Assembly (NCBI GenBank): GCA_964016885.1
Contig: OZ024744.1
Span: 85,250,001 to 85,314,000, forward strand
Length of the DNA: 64,000 nucleotides
Direction of reading: 5' to 3'
Source of the DNA: Eledone cirrhosa
Lineage: Eukaryota
Shown: positions 39,401-53,035 of the stretch, piece by piece
Numbering within the stretch: the stretch's first letter is position 1
Layout: each line of letters begins with the position of its first letter
The notes under the pieces: model-generated
Told to the model about the DNA's origin: nothing
What the model saw: only the letters and a program-made list of their open reading frames with translations
Database searches by the model: none
Translations under genes and position numbers: made by a program

Positions 39401-42112
39401 GGTAAGGACAAGTTCAGTTTCCAGTAACCGGGTCCCTGTCTATGGGTTCTATCAAGGTTGGCTATGCAGGTCACTAACTTGTGATCCGAATAGTCAACCA
39501 TGAACATTTTTGGACAGCTAAATGTGTCCCTATCCTTCTCTCTAACTAGGACCCTATCTAGGTACGACCTAGATGTTCCGCTACGATTGGTCCACGTCCA
39601 TAGTGGTACAGTCGGAAAATCTAGTCGATATCTATCGGCCAGGTCAAATCGGCCGATTAACCTTTTGAGGCTTTTACACCCCCCTCTATTGGCACATGCC
39701 CCTACATAGTCCCAACGTGCATCCAGGATACCATTCCAGTCCCCCACTAAAAGCAAGGAGCGGGACGTTCCCAGAAAAGTTTCCAGACGTTGGAAGTATT
39801 CCGGCCGCGCTGCCCAAAAAGGGGCGTACACAGCTATTAGTCTAAGGGCTCCACTTTCACTACTGCCGACGTCTAAAACCACCAGTCGACCCTCCGGGTC
39901 CAGGTGCACCTTCTGTATGGCGAGGCCCAGGTGTTTTCGCAGCAGAACGACAACTCCACCCCCACCCCCCGGTTGACAGAGAGATGCGAAGATCTCAAAG
40001 TCGTCGAAGAGGGGCGCCAGTTGGTGCTCGCTGCTGATCCTGGACTCGCAAATAGCCATTACATCCATTCTATGCGACCTGAGATCGTTTAAAAGTTTGC
40101 CTTGTTTCCAAGACAGTCCCAAGCCGCGTACATTCAGACACCCAACTCTTATATCAGCCAAGTTGGTTAAAAGAGGAAGGACCTACCTGTTTGGCTCCTG
40201 AGGAGCAGGTTGCACAATATCCATGGGCGTATTGGAGGGGTTGTTTGGTGGGGTGTTGTTCTGTGGTGGAGTGGGGGTGTTTGGTGAGGTGTGGGTGGGG
40301 AAACGTTTCAAGAGGACGCGGTTATAGGGTCGAGTACATGTTTTCCCCACGCCCTCAGGAAAGTTCTCTCTTAGTTTTGCATAGGTGTCCATTGGGAGTC
40401 TTATCATTTTTAAATGCGGTTTGTTGGCCGCGCTTGCAAAGAATTGCCCTTCAGTTTCCACCGAAGGGTCTTTGTGTATTGTTTTTACTAGTTCTTTGTT
40501 ATTTGTGTTAATGTATGTATACTGTTTTATTTGTGTTGTGTTTGTTTGTTGTTCTTGTGTGTGCTTACGTTTTGTTGTATGTGTTATGTTTTGGGGTGGG
40601 GCGGATTTTGATTGTTCTGTTTGTTTTGTTTTTGTTGGTGGTTGTGTGTTTGTTTCGTTTATGTTCGAGTGGTGCTTTCTTTTTTTCCTTTTTACAGGTT
40701 GGAAGGGTTCCCCCTCTTCGTCACTAGGTGCCGTTTCAGCTGGGTCCTCGTCCGTGCTGTCGGGTAGTGGTGTATTTTGGGGTTTTGTTGTATTTGTGTG
40801 TGTTTTGGGAGTTGTTTTGGGTGGGGCCGTGTCTTGTGTTATTTTTCCGTGTTGTTTTTGTTGTTGTTGTGGTGGTGGAGGTGGTGGTGGTGGCGGTGGT
40901 GGTGTGTGGGGTGTAGGCAAAAGAGCCTTTTTTTTGTCAATTGAGGACAAGCAGCCCTTAGATGACCCCTGCTTGAACAGTAGTAACATATGGGCCTCCT
41001 ACCCTCGGCTGAAATATATATAAATGTTTCTCCATCGAGGGACACCCTCTGTGGTATTCTAGCTATTCGTTCTGGTCTCATTTGGACCAGAACCTCCACG
41101 CTCAAACTGCCGAAAACATCTGTGGTGACTTCTCCTACTGAGAGGATTCCGTCCTCGTCTTCTAAAAATCCTGTTAGTACCCAGGAAATGCATGCATTTG
41201 GCCGGATTCCGGAGACCCTTATTTTCTGCGTTCTTTTCCCTAAATATGTGGGGAAAAATGTATGTAGCTTGGAAACAATTGGCGCCACAGAGTATTTCCT
41301 GGCCGTCAATTGATCCTTCATTAGGACCGTTATATTCCCATAGAGTGGCCCTTTTTGTATGAACGATATATCACTCCACACATTTTTTAGGACCAGCTCA
41401 ATCTCTTTTTGGGATAATTGAGTTGGTTTCCTTGTTATGTTGGAAATTGTGCTGAAAGATATCGTTCTTAGCGTCGTGTCTCTTGATTTCTTGTGGGGAG
41501 ATTGTGAAGTCTCCTCCTTCTTTGAAAGTTACATACTGTTTCGCTTCCTTCATCTTTTCTCTCAGAGTTGTAATGTCCAGTTGCTTGCAGGTTTGTGTTT
41601 TCCGGACCGCCTGTGCAAAGCAGGCACCAGTAGTGGGTTCGCTTTGTTTTGGTGTTATCGTTATTTTTTCCTTGGTTGGTGTTGTGACTATTGCTGTTAT
41701 TGTCGTTGTTGTTTTTGTCTGCGTTTATGTGACTTTCTGGGTTTTCACCCATTTTTACAAATTTTTCTTTTAATTCCGTGTTCCATGTTTCTTTTGCAGA
41801 AGTGAGGAGGGAAGACTTAGAGCCTTGTGCTTCTAGCTTCTCTGTATCACCTTTCTTAGGGGGCGTGGCTTTCACGTTAGGATGAGATGTGAAAATTCCG
41901 TCCATTTCCATTAGTTTGCCGTAATAAGTTTTTAACTGGAAAATTCGCCCCAAAAAGGGGCGAAAATAAATAAACTCAAAGTTTGACGACCAAGGCAAGG
42001 GTTAACGTATATTACAATATAAAAAAATTAATCAAAACTCACTTTTGAGTAAGTAAATCCGACTCGGTAGCCGAGCTTGTTCACACACGTCAACACACGT
42101 CTCTCGTATACG
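36495..42112 (-). mobile_element. L1/Tx1-type LINE copy 2, near full length
   Basis: ORF1 ~41920-40183 is frameshifted and has CCHC CYYCSSRGHLRAAC. ORF2 spans 40161-36731. The 3' end is AATAAAGAAA. Confidence 0.95.
36731..40161 (-). pseudogene. LINE ORF2: APE endonuclease, RT and C-terminal zinc finger, with few lesions
   Basis: LNVRGL, GDWN, YLDR, SDH; SPGLDG, RQGCPLSP, AYADD; CPRC..ETVAHAFVHC. One in-frame TGA at 38710, a -1 frameshift in a C-run near 38205, and TTG in place of the ATG seen in copy 1. Confidence 0.92.
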
Positions 42113-42114
42113 AG

Positions 42115-43634
42115 ATGTTATGTGAGATATTATGTGAGGTAAAGCCTTTACTGTAAAATACAATAGTATATATAGAGTAATGTAAATGTTATGTGAGGTA
42201 TTATGTGAGGTAAAGCCTTTACTGTAAAAATATAATAGTAAATATAGAGTAATGTAAATGTTATGTGAGATATTATGTGAAGTAAAGCCTTTACTGTGAA
42301 AATATAATAGTAAATATAGAGTAATGTAAATGTTATGTAAGATATTATGTGTGGTAAAGCCTTTACTGTGAAAATACAATAGTAAATATAGAGTAATGTA
42401 AATATTATGTGAGATATTATGTGATAAAGCCTTTACTGTGAAAATACAATAGTATATACAGAGTAATGTAAATGTTATGTGAGATATTATGTGAAGTACA
42501 GCCTTTACTGTGAAAAAATACAATAGTATATATAGAGTAATGTAAATGTTATGTGAGGTATTATGTGTGATAAAGCCTTTACTGTGAAAATACTATAGTA
42601 TATATAGAGTAATGTAAATGTTATGTAAGATATTATGTGTGGTAAAGCCTTTACTGTAAAATACAATAGTATATATAGAGTAATGTAAATGTTATGTGAG
42701 ATATTATGTGAGGTAAAGTCTTTACTGTAAAATACAATAGTATATATAGAGTAATGTAAATGTTATGTGAGATATTATGTGAGGTAAAGCCTTTACTGTA
42801 AAATACAATAGTAAATATAGAGTAATGTAAATGTTATGTGAGGTATTATGTGACGTAAAGCCTTTACTGTAAAATACAATAGTAAATATAGAGTAATGTA
42901 AATGTTATGTGGGATATTATGTGAGGTAAAGCCTTTACTGTAAAATACAATAGTAAATATAGAGTAATGTAAATGTTATGTGAGATATTATGTGTGATAA
43001 AGCCTTTACTGTGAAAATACTATAGTATATATAGAGTAATGTAAATGTTATGTGAGATATTATGTGTGATAAAGCCTTTACTGTGAAGATACTATAGTAT
43101 ATATAGAGTAATGTAAATGTTATGTGAGATATTATGTGAGGTAAAGCCTTTACTGTGAAAATACAATAGTATATATAGAGTAATGTAAATGTTATGTGAG
43201 ATATTATGTGTGATAAAGCCTTTACTGTGAAAATACTATAGTATATATAGAGTAATGTAAATGTTATGTAAGATATTGTGTGTGGTAAAGCCTTTACTGT
43301 AAAATACAATAGTATATATAGAGTAATGTAAATGTTATGTGAGATATTATGTGAGGTAAAGCCTTTACTGTAAAATACAATAGTAAATATAGAGTAATGT
43401 AAATGTTATGTGAGGTATTATGTGAGGCAAAGCCTTTACTGTGAAAATACTATAGTATATATAGAGTAATGTAAATGTTATGTGACATATTATGTGTGGT
43501 AAAGCCTTTACTGTAAAATACAATAGTATATATAGAGTAATGTAAATGTTATGTAAGATATTATGTGAGGTAAAGTCTTTACTGTAAAATACAATAGTAT
43601 ATATAGAGTAATGTAAATTTATGTGAGATATTAT
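42115..43634. repeat. 71-72 bp AT-rich minisatellite, ~21 copies
   Basis: Unit GTAAAGCCTTTACTGTAAAATACAATAGTATATATAGAGTAATGTAAATGTTATGTGAGATATTATGTGAG. Confidence 0.97.
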
Positions 43635-43644
43635 ATTTTCACAG

Positions 43645-43752
43645 TAAAGGCCAGGAATTTGGGGAAGGGGAACATCGATTAAATCGAATCCAGTATATTA
43701 CTGGTACTTTATTTTATCGATCCCGTAAGGATGAAAGACAAAGCTAACCTTG
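43645..43752 (-). mobile_element. SINE 3' fragment
   Basis: CTGGTACTTTATTTTATCGATCCCGTAAGGATGAAAGAC. Confidence 0.8.
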
Positions 43753-43854
43753 TGTATATAAAATTTATAAAAATGAAAAGAAATCAATAACATAATGAAC
43801 TGTATTATACACAAATATTTATAATATTCGTAATACATTTGACTGAGAAACGTT

Positions 43855-43890
43855 GTGCGCATGCGTGCATATGTATATGTATGTATGTGC

Positions 43891-43921
<31 letters not shown>

Positions 43922-44244
43922 TGTATGTATGTATGTATGTATGTATGTATGTATATATGTGTGTGTGTGTGTGTGTGTGTCTGTATAATTGTAAGAGTGC
44001 GCATGTATCTGTGCATGCATGTATATTCGTATGTATGTATGTGTGTATGTGTGATTGTATGTGTGTATATATATATATGTATATGTGTGTGTGTGTGTAT
44101 GTCCGTATCTGTATATGTATATATATATATGTATATATATCTATATATATATGCGTGTTGTGTGTGTGTGTATCCGCGCGCCTGTGTGTGTGTGTTCGTG
44201 TTCGTGAGCGTGTGTGTTCGTGAGCGTGGTTGTGCGCGCGTGTA

Positions 44245-44278
<34 letters not shown>

Positions 44279-44460
44279 TGTGTCTGTGTGTGTGTGTGTG
44301 TGAGTATGTGTATGTGTGTGTCTCATCGGCAACAAAACAAAACCATTGAAATATTTTAGATTGTTCAATATAATGTATTTGTTATATAATAGCAAATTCA
44401 TTTCTTTTAACTATTTTCCCGCAGGTAATTGTTGTAGGTAAAAATAAATGAATGAATAAC

Positions 44461-44503
<43 letters not shown>

Positions 44504-44520
44504 ACGAATGAATGAATAAC

Positions 44521-44551
<31 letters not shown>

Positions 44552-44564
44552 ACATATAAACAAA

Positions 44565-44595
<31 letters not shown>

Positions 44596-44610
44596 GTAAA
44601 TAAGTAAAAT
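43855..44610. repeat. (ATGT)n, (GT)n and (AAAT)n microsatellites
   Basis: Direct reading. Confidence 0.95.
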
Positions 44611-44896
44611 ATTTTCTCTTATTCAAACGCTTCATTTCGTGAGAATAATTCAGATTTTTTAATCTAAAAACGTAATAATATTTACCTTAAATTCAAAGAA
44701 ATTTACTTATTTTATGATAATTTATTTCTATCTAGCCAAGCCTGAAACGTGTTGAAGATATTCAAAAATATTCCCGCTTACTCACTGACATTGTTTTCCG
44801 TGTAGATGGCGTGTCTGTGTAATAAATTCCGTCAGAAATTTATTTTATTTTAATACGATAAATGTTTTTTTTTTCTCTTTTATGCCATCTATAATA

Positions 44897-45642
44897 TAAT
44901 TGTTTCTACTTTTGGCACAAGGCCAACAATTATCCCAGTGTATTACTGGTACTTTATTTTATCGACCCCGTAAAGTTGAAAGGCAAAGTTAACCTCATCT
45001 ATAATATAATTGTTTCTGATTTTAGGCACATTGCCAACAATTTTTTTTTTGGGGGGGGGGGGGGAGTCGATTATTTAATCGACTCCAGTGTATTACTGGT
45101 ACTTTATTTTATTGATCCCGTAAGGATGAAAGACAAAGTTAACCTCAGCAGGATTTGAACTCAGACCGTAAAGTGCCGTAACTCTATGCTGCAAAGCATG
45201 TCATCCGACGATCTACCGATACTGCCAAACCACCGTCCTATAATATAGCTGTTTCTACTTTTGGCACAAGGCCAGCAATTTCACCAGTTCATTACTGGTA
45301 CTTTATTTTATGGACCCCCGTAAGGATGAAAGTCAAAGTTAACCACGGCAGGATTTGAACTCAGACCATAAAGGGCTGTAACCTTATGCTGAAAAGTATG
45401 GCGTCCGACTCTCTACCGATACTGACAATCCACCGCCTTTATAATATAATAGCTTCTGATTTTAGGCACAGGCCAACAATTTGGGGAACGGGAAAGTCAA
45501 TTATTTAATCAACCCCAGTACATTACTGGTACTTTATTTTATCGACCTTGTAAGGATCAAAGGTAAAGTTAACCTCGATGGGATCTGAACTCGGAACTTA
45601 AAGGCCCGTAACTCTCAGCCACGAAGCATGATGTCCGACGAT
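44897..45642 (-). mobile_element. Head-to-tail array of 4 SINE copies
   Basis: Each copy is preceded by a TATAATATA spacer. Confidence 0.88.
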
Positions 45643-45786
45643 ATAATATTATCCATTTATTTAAGTGCTGATGTGAATACGGCAAAGACTACTTTTTGTC
45701 TAATAAAACTAAAACATATTTGGCGTTACTCTCCTAATAAAACACATTATAGGAACACAAAGGGGAGAAACATGGAAACATGATAA

Positions 45787-45828
45787 TCACTGATGATGTC
45801 ACAGATATGTGTGACGAAAGAACTTTGA
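45787..45828 (+). ncRNA. Minimal hammerhead-like motif
   Basis: TCA-CTGATGA-T-GTCACA-GATATG-TGTGAC-GAAA-GAAC-TT-TGA. Perfect 6-bp stem II, weak stems I and III. Confidence 0.55.
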
Positions 45829-46326
45829 GAAACTATATTTATATTTATATTTTTAACTTTTGGTCAATCAATGATAAACATTGATTGATAGCTAAATTAT
45901 TTATAGAAATATAAAAATATACTGAAGCGAAAACCAAACTAAACAGTGAGTGTGTTTTACTATATTTTTCTGGCAATATAAGGACAAAATGATCCTCCCC
46001 AAATATAACAGAATATCAGAGTTTTGTAGCTTGCTTGAAACATTAATAAGAAACACAAATTTAAATTTTGGAGACCAAAACAATGTGTATGAAGAATGTT
46101 AAATTGCCAAGATGACAAAAGAATCTTACCTTAGTAAATTTAACGAATCCAACTATTTTCGGATTAAAAAACCCATTATCAAGGGAATTTTTATTTATAT
46201 TTATAGGCAAGGCTGAATAATTGAAAATCAAATATATTCTATATACAAAAATCTCACAAATGATAAGAAAAGCCATTGAAATTATATAAAAATTATAGAA
46301 CAAGATCTAATAAAAATAAAAATACA

Positions 46327-46497
46327 TTGGCAGGATCAGACGCCATTCTTTGCAGTATAGATTTACGGCCCTTGCCATTCAGAGTTCAAATACCGCCGAG
46401 GTTAACTTTGCCTTTCATCCTTGCGTGGTCGATAAACTAAAGTACCAGTAATGCACTGGTTAATCGCTGGCCTTGTGCCAAAAGTAGAAACAATTAT
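46327..46497 (+). mobile_element. SINE
   Basis: Box B and central domain. Confidence 0.85.
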
Positions 46498-46567
46498 TAA
46501 AGGTTAACAGAAAAGGAACAAATAAAAAAAGAAAATTAAAAGAATAAAAAGAAAAAAGGAATGAAGT

Positions 46568-47108
46568 AACCACCAACAACAATAACAACTTAATCATCAC
46601 CAACCTAAACGTCAACGCCACCACAAACACCACCACCGCCAACACCAACACCACCACCACCAACAACACCACCACCAACACCACCAACACAACCTACAAC
46701 ACCACTAACCCTACCACCACCACCACCACCACCACCATCACCACCAACACCACCATCACCACCACCATCAACACCACCACCACCAACACCATCAACACCA
46801 CCACCACCACCACCACCACCATTAACACCGCCACCACCATCACCACTACCACCACCACCACCACCACCACCACCACCACCACCACCACTACAACCACCAC
46901 CACCACCACCACTACAACCACCACAACCACCACCACTACAACCACCACCACCACCAACAACAAACAACAACAGCACCACTACCCCCCTCCCACCACCACC
47001 ACCACCACCACCTACAACAACAACAACAACAACAACAAACCAAACCACACTAACCCTATCACCAACAACAACAACAACAGCAACTACCTAATCAACATTA
47101 ACAACAAT
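46568..47108. repeat. (CCA/CAA)n microsatellite
   Basis: Direct reading. Confidence 0.95.
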
Positions 47109-47240
47109 AATGAGATTCACATCTGAAAATAACAATGTTTTACGTTCCTCTGAAAAAGACGACGAGTTGTAATAGAAGAAAATGTATGCTTGAATGCTTT
47201 TATGATGGACTTAGTAGATATATTTCATTATTATGCACTG

Positions 47241-47630
47241 GGTTGGTAGTATTGGTAGAGGGTCGGACGCCATGCTTTGACGCATAGAGTTACGGCCCTT
47301 GCCATTCTGAGTTCAAATCCCGCCGAGGTTAACTTTGCCTTTCATCCTTACGGGGTCGATAAAATAAAGTACCAGTAATGCACTGGGGTAATTTCTGGCC
47401 TTGTGCCAAAAGTAGAAACAATTATTATGCACTATTTGGCGGTGGATTTGCAGTATCGGTAGAGGGTGGGATGCCATGCTGTGACGCATAGAGTTACGGC
47501 CCTTGCCATTCTGAGTTCAAATCCCGCCGAGGTTAACTTTGCCTTTCATACTTACGGGGGCTCGATAAAATAAAGTACCAGTAATGCACTGAGTATTTGC
47601 TTGCCTTGTGCCAAAAGTAGAAGCAATTAT
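47241..47630 (+). mobile_element. Two tandem young SINE copies
   Basis: Near-consensus copies. ATTATTATGCACT flanks the first (47228 and 47421). Confidence 0.9.
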
Positions 47631-47875
47631 TATTTATTTATTTATTCATTCATTCATTATTTATTTATTTATTTATTATCGTTTATTTATTTATTTATTC
47701 ATTATTGTTTATTATTTATTGACTTTAACGGAGATAATCTTAATTCACTACCAAATGATATGTATCCATTGCATAAACATCTCTCTCTCTCTCTATCTCT
47801 CCCTCTCTCACCGTCCGTCCCACCTATCTCTCTTTCTTTCTTTCTTTCTTTCTCTCTCTCTCTCTCTCTCTCTCG

Positions 47876-47954
<79 letters not shown>

Positions 47955-48595
47955 ATTTTAACTCCTAGAATTATCGATTAACTGATTAATGTAATTAGAC
48001 AATTCTATTGATTGATTAATTGTTTATGTTTGTTTGATAACTTCTGGTTGAGTGCTTAATTCGGTTTGTCTAAGGGAATTTGATTCTTTTGTCTCAAATT
48101 TCGAATTCACCGCCAAAACGGGGGTTACCTCCTTTGGAGAAAACCACGTGTCTATAGCAAAATTTACTGCTAGAACACACCCGTAGAGGCTAAAGAACGC
48201 AAGACTTGAAGAAAGAAATCCTTTGTTCTGTCGTCAAAGACCATTAACTTGCAGACCCCTGCAAGCGGAATTAGTCGATCTCGGATTTACAGAAACCTAG
48301 CGTGGATGCTGTATGTTGTATGTGATGTATATCGTATGCTATACGATATGCATTATATGTTGCATTCGGTCTCAGCGCTATGTCCAGGTCAGTCTACAAT
48401 CTTTTCCTGAGTCCAACCATTTTTGTTGCTATGCAATGCGGCTGGACTGCCGATCGCTATATTTGATTTGCAAAGCTGTCTAAACGTATTGTTATTACTC
48501 TGGGGTAGTATTCCCTATCGAGTGCTAAAGTTACATTCCAAATTTGCATTCGTTAGCTTGGCCGCAACCTAAAGCTTCGTTAATGCTATACTAAA

Positions 48596-48626
<31 letters not shown>

Positions 48627-48655
48627 CAAATAATTTGTATATGTATATATATATA

Positions 48656-49577
48656 TCTGTATATATATATAAAATTAAGTATGTGTGTGTATTACATATA
48701 GGGGCCTACATTTGACGACCGATTTTCATGAAACTTTACAGGCTCATAGATCAGTCATCGGGAAGTGTTTTCTATATATCAGTGTATCGTTGATTTTTTT
48801 TATTCCGGGATCATTCTGCAGATAAAAATCGATATGGGGTCACCTTTTTTTAGGTATGGAAAAATAAGATTTTGGTTCTAGCTCCCACTTTTTGCCACCG
48901 ATTTCGGTAAAATTTTAAAGCAAAATAGAATTTAGCATTGCACATCCTGTAATGGCTTTATATTTTGCATTTGTTATTCAGGGACGGCGTGGCAGCCGCT
49001 TAAATATTCAAAAATACCACTTTTAGACTCAAATTTCTCTCTTTCGGCTCTAGCTCCCACATTAATCAACCTACTTTGTCCAAATGTTACACTAGGCTAG
49101 ATCTGAGTATTTCACGTCTTAAAGTGGCTTTACATTTGTGATTTGTTGTTCAGGTACAGCGTGGCAGCCGCTTAAATATTCAAAAATACCACCTTTTCGC
49201 TCAAATTTCCGCCTTTTCGGCTCTAGCTCCCACGTTTTTCAACCGATTTCGTTCAAACTCGAAACTTCGGCTCCACCTCACACATAAATCCATTTATTTG
49301 GTTCAACTTTTATACTACGATAGAACCTATCACTGCACATCTTATAGTAGCTTTACACTTTGCATTTTTTATTTAGGGACGGCGTGGCAGCCGTTTAACT
49401 CTTCAACATACGATTTTTTCCACCTCCCACATATTCCATACGATTTCACTCAACATTTCGCCATTTGCTACACCTTACGACCGATTTTCAAGAAACTCGT
49501 AGTCGCTAAGATAAGCACCGTTTCATCAAAGCAGATATTATTTTACCTTCCCAGACAACGCTGGGTACTGCTGCTAG
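48656..49577 (+). mobile_element. Non-autonomous Helitron with internal ~172-bp tandem repeats
   Basis: A|TC start, CTAG|T end, subterminal hairpin CCCAG-ACAACG-CTGGG 8 nt before CTAG. CTAGCTCCCAC recurs at ~48878, 49051 and 49223. Confidence 0.75.
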
Positions 49578-49617
49578 TATATATATATATATAGATATAT
49601 GTGCGTGCGTGTGTGTG

Positions 49618-49720
<103 letters not shown>

Positions 49721-49873
49721 ATTTTGAGTATATGTTGGTTGTATACCAACACCTCAGTATGCAGATTGGAGCACTCGACGAGTGCGCAGGTTGGTTTGGT
49801 TACTCCGGAGTAATGTAAAATAAAATAAAATAAAATAAATAAGTCAAATGTTTAAAATTTAGCTTCGTTTATT

Positions 49874-49928
49874 ACTGCTATATATATTTCGGTGACAGCC
49901 ATCTTTGGCTGTGACCTCTTCAAGCAGT
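49874..49928 (-). ncRNA. Type I hammerhead (family B, C3U core)
   Basis: Mirror copy of 50737-50791. Confidence 0.7.
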
Positions 49929-50736
49929 CCGAATTAGTGTGGTATAGACAAGTACATATGTTGTTGAGGTGTATAACTTTGTCAATACTCTGATATGCCC
50001 AGTTCCTGGTTGGGTTGTTATTTCACTGAGGAACTGGAATCATATGAATTTCAGTGTGAAAGGGCCTCTTCTCCTCTCGTTGGTCAGTTGTTAGAACATT
50101 CCCCATTCAAAAGTCTATAGAAATTCGTTCTGAGGCAAGCCAATCTGTAGTTGTTGGTCTTGTTATTGTTAGGTACATCTGACCTCAATTCTTGTGTTGG
50201 TAGTGTTGTTATTGTTGGAGTTAGCTCCAAAAAATTGATAAAGTGGTAGAAGGAATAAGATGGTAAAGGAACAAAATAACAAAAAAATGTCAAACTATCC
50301 ATTGGTCAGTTTTGAGAACATTCCTCAGTCCGAAGTCTATAGAAATTCTTTCTAGGGTGAGGCTCCCTGTAGTGTTTGTATTTGCTATTGTTAAGTACAT
50401 CTGACCTCTACCTTTATTTTGGTAGTGTTGTTGGTGTTGTGGTCAGCTTATGTCTTGCTGCTGCTGACAATTTAGAAGTATCTGTGTGTGTGTTTTTTCA
50501 TCCCTCCTGCCACCATCTCCCGTAGTGGTGGTGGTGGAGGGGGGGGGGCGGTTTCTTCCATGTATATGAAGAAATATAAGGCAATATAAGGCAATAAGGA
50601 AATTCGTTTGTTTCAATTCATATGATTCCAGTTCCTCAGTGAAATAACAACCCAACCAGGAACTGGGCATATCAGAGTATTGACAAGGTTATACACCTCA
50701 ACAACATATGTACTTGTCTATACCACACTAATTTGG

Positions 50737-50791
50737 ACTGCTTGAAGAGGTCACAGCCAAAGATGGCTGTCACCGAAATATATATAGCAGT
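50737..50791 (+). ncRNA. Type I hammerhead (family B, C3U core)
   Basis: ACTGC-TTGAAGA-GGTCACAGCC-AAAGAT-GGCTGTCACC-GAAA-TATATA-TA-GCAGT, followed by AATAAA. Confidence 0.72.
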
Positions 50792-50837
50792 AATAAACGA
50801 AGCTAAATTTTAAACATTTGACTTATTTATTTTATTT

Positions 50838-51932
<1,095 letters not shown>

Positions 51933-51968
51933 TACACAATAATCAAAGCTATGTTCAAATTATATTAT

Positions 51969-52015
51969 TGCTGACAGTCGTTTCTTCCACACTATCATTT
52001 GGAATCATCGGAGCA
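51969..52015 (-). ncRNA. Type I hammerhead (family C, U4C core)
   Basis: TGCT-CCGATGA-TTCCAAAT-GATA-GTGTGGAA-GAAAC-GACT-GTC-AGCA. Confidence 0.62.
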
Positions 52016-52852
52016 GTAGCAATGTTTGTACATATAATTAACCTCCAATTCAACTGAACAATCATATAGATACATGGATAATTATGTTGTCAACAACAGT
52101 TTCGTATTTACAGGGTGGAATGGATGCGACATAGATTTCAAGAGAATTGTACAATAATTAAAATTAGAAATTAAAAATTAGAATGGCACAGAGTGGAATG
52201 CATGCGACAGAGATTACAAGGGAATAGAATAACAATTAAAGAGGCATTAAGGTAGAAAGTTACTCGTAAAACGAGGACACTAGCAGTACATATGCAAGCG
52301 TATCGAGAATGCAAATGCATGAGGCGTATACACGAAGGAAAGAAGCAATGGTACTAGCCATATATAATTTCTGCAAGGCAAAGGTATCACATAAAATAAC
52401 ATATGTTTACAAGCATATCAAGCAGGTAAAGCTGTTTTTGTATTAAAACTGTGTGTTTACGGTGGATTTAGTGTGACAGTTGTTTCTGTAATGTTTAAAT
52501 GTATATATGCTGAGAGTATCAATGTTATTGCTATCTTTTCCATCACATTGGCTATGTTTTATTTTAGTGAATGTTCTTAATCAGTCACAGCCATGGAGTG
52601 TACACCTGTCCTATTATATTGTTATCCGGGGTTCGAGTTGCTGTGGAGTGATTCTTCTAACGGTTTAATTTCCGGAAGTGAGTTTGATCTATATTAAGGG
52701 GAGCTAATATGAAATGGGAGGTAACTAGCGAATTACTTTGTAAATGATATAAGAAGCTAGAAAAATGTAAAGTTGTTTACAGCTCTAATTAGTTAAATTC
52801 TTTGTGTTGATATACATTATATTGTGTTATAAGTGAATCCCTTTTATATAAT

Positions 52853-53035
52853 TGTTTCTACTTTTGGCACAAGGCCAGCAGTTACCCAGTACATTACTGG
52901 TACTTTATTTTATCCACCCCGTAAGGATGAAAGGCAAAGTTAACCCCGACGGGATTTGAACTCAAACCGTAAAGGGACGTAACTATGCTGGAAAGCATGG
53001 CGTCCGACTCTCTACCGATACTGCCAATCCACCGT
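52853..53035 (-). mobile_element. Full-length SINE with 13-bp TSD
   Basis: CCTTTTATATAAT at 52840-52852 and 53036-53048. An empty paralogous site is at ~53240. Confidence 0.92.

Noticed and set aside
42115-43634. CRISPR-like array
   Set aside because: No variable spacers, so a plain minisatellite.
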